Under the pieces are notes generated by a model. It saw only the letters and a program-made list of their open reading frames with translations. It was not told the origin of the DNA and made no database searches. This document shows, one piece after another, positions 63,857 through 64,000 of a stretch of 64,000 nt of DNA (within the stretch, counting starts at the first letter, position 1; every line of letters starts with the position of its first letter). Both the position numbers and the translations under genes were made by a program. Source of the DNA: Okamejei kenojei (taxonomy: Eukaryota); the NCBI GenBank assembly GCA_035221665.1, contig CM069147.1, positions 19,964,001-20,028,000 of the forward strand, in the 5' to 3' direction.

Positions 63857-64000
63857 AATGGAGTTGAAATCTGTGGTTTGGCAAATGACCACTATTGGAA
63901 ATAGATGGGGATCTCTGGTATAATTTTGTTACTTTCCCTCTGATTTTGCTTATAAGGCACAATTCCTGTTTAAATTCATTTTATAAACTGTGCTCAGTGA

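Overview
Eukaryotic (vertebrate) genomic DNA, not prokaryotic. The repeat landscape (CR1, Penelope, Rex1/Babar, V-SINEs, Deu-type SINEs) suggests a cartilaginous fish, probably a skate or ray; this is inference only. One clear gene is present: 3-exon GINS3/PSF3 (+, 9950-14462, 211 aa, all splice sites canonical and phase 0). It sits head-to-head with an unrecognised putative first coding exon (-, 9112-8955). A decayed ZFP36/TIS11-family tandem-CCCH pseudogene lies on the minus strand at ~5990-6844. A CpG-rich probable promoter/first exon lies at ~61 kb (NDRG4 would be expected there by human synteny, but no NDRG4 coding sequence was seen). Most of the rest is nested transposons: CR1 LINEs, Penelope fragments with hammerhead-like termini, a near full-length Hero-clade REL retrotransposon with a 74-bp flanking duplication, a Tc1, hAT, PIF/Harbinger and P-type MITEs, and Helitron-like elements. 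The most striking small-scale signals are a 17+17-bp P-element-style excision footprint with an 8-bp TSD, and several templated-insertion or fold-back repair scars. I did not find a demonstrable new multi-gene system. All calls were made by eye with no database searches, and repeat boundaries without a stated TSD are approximate.
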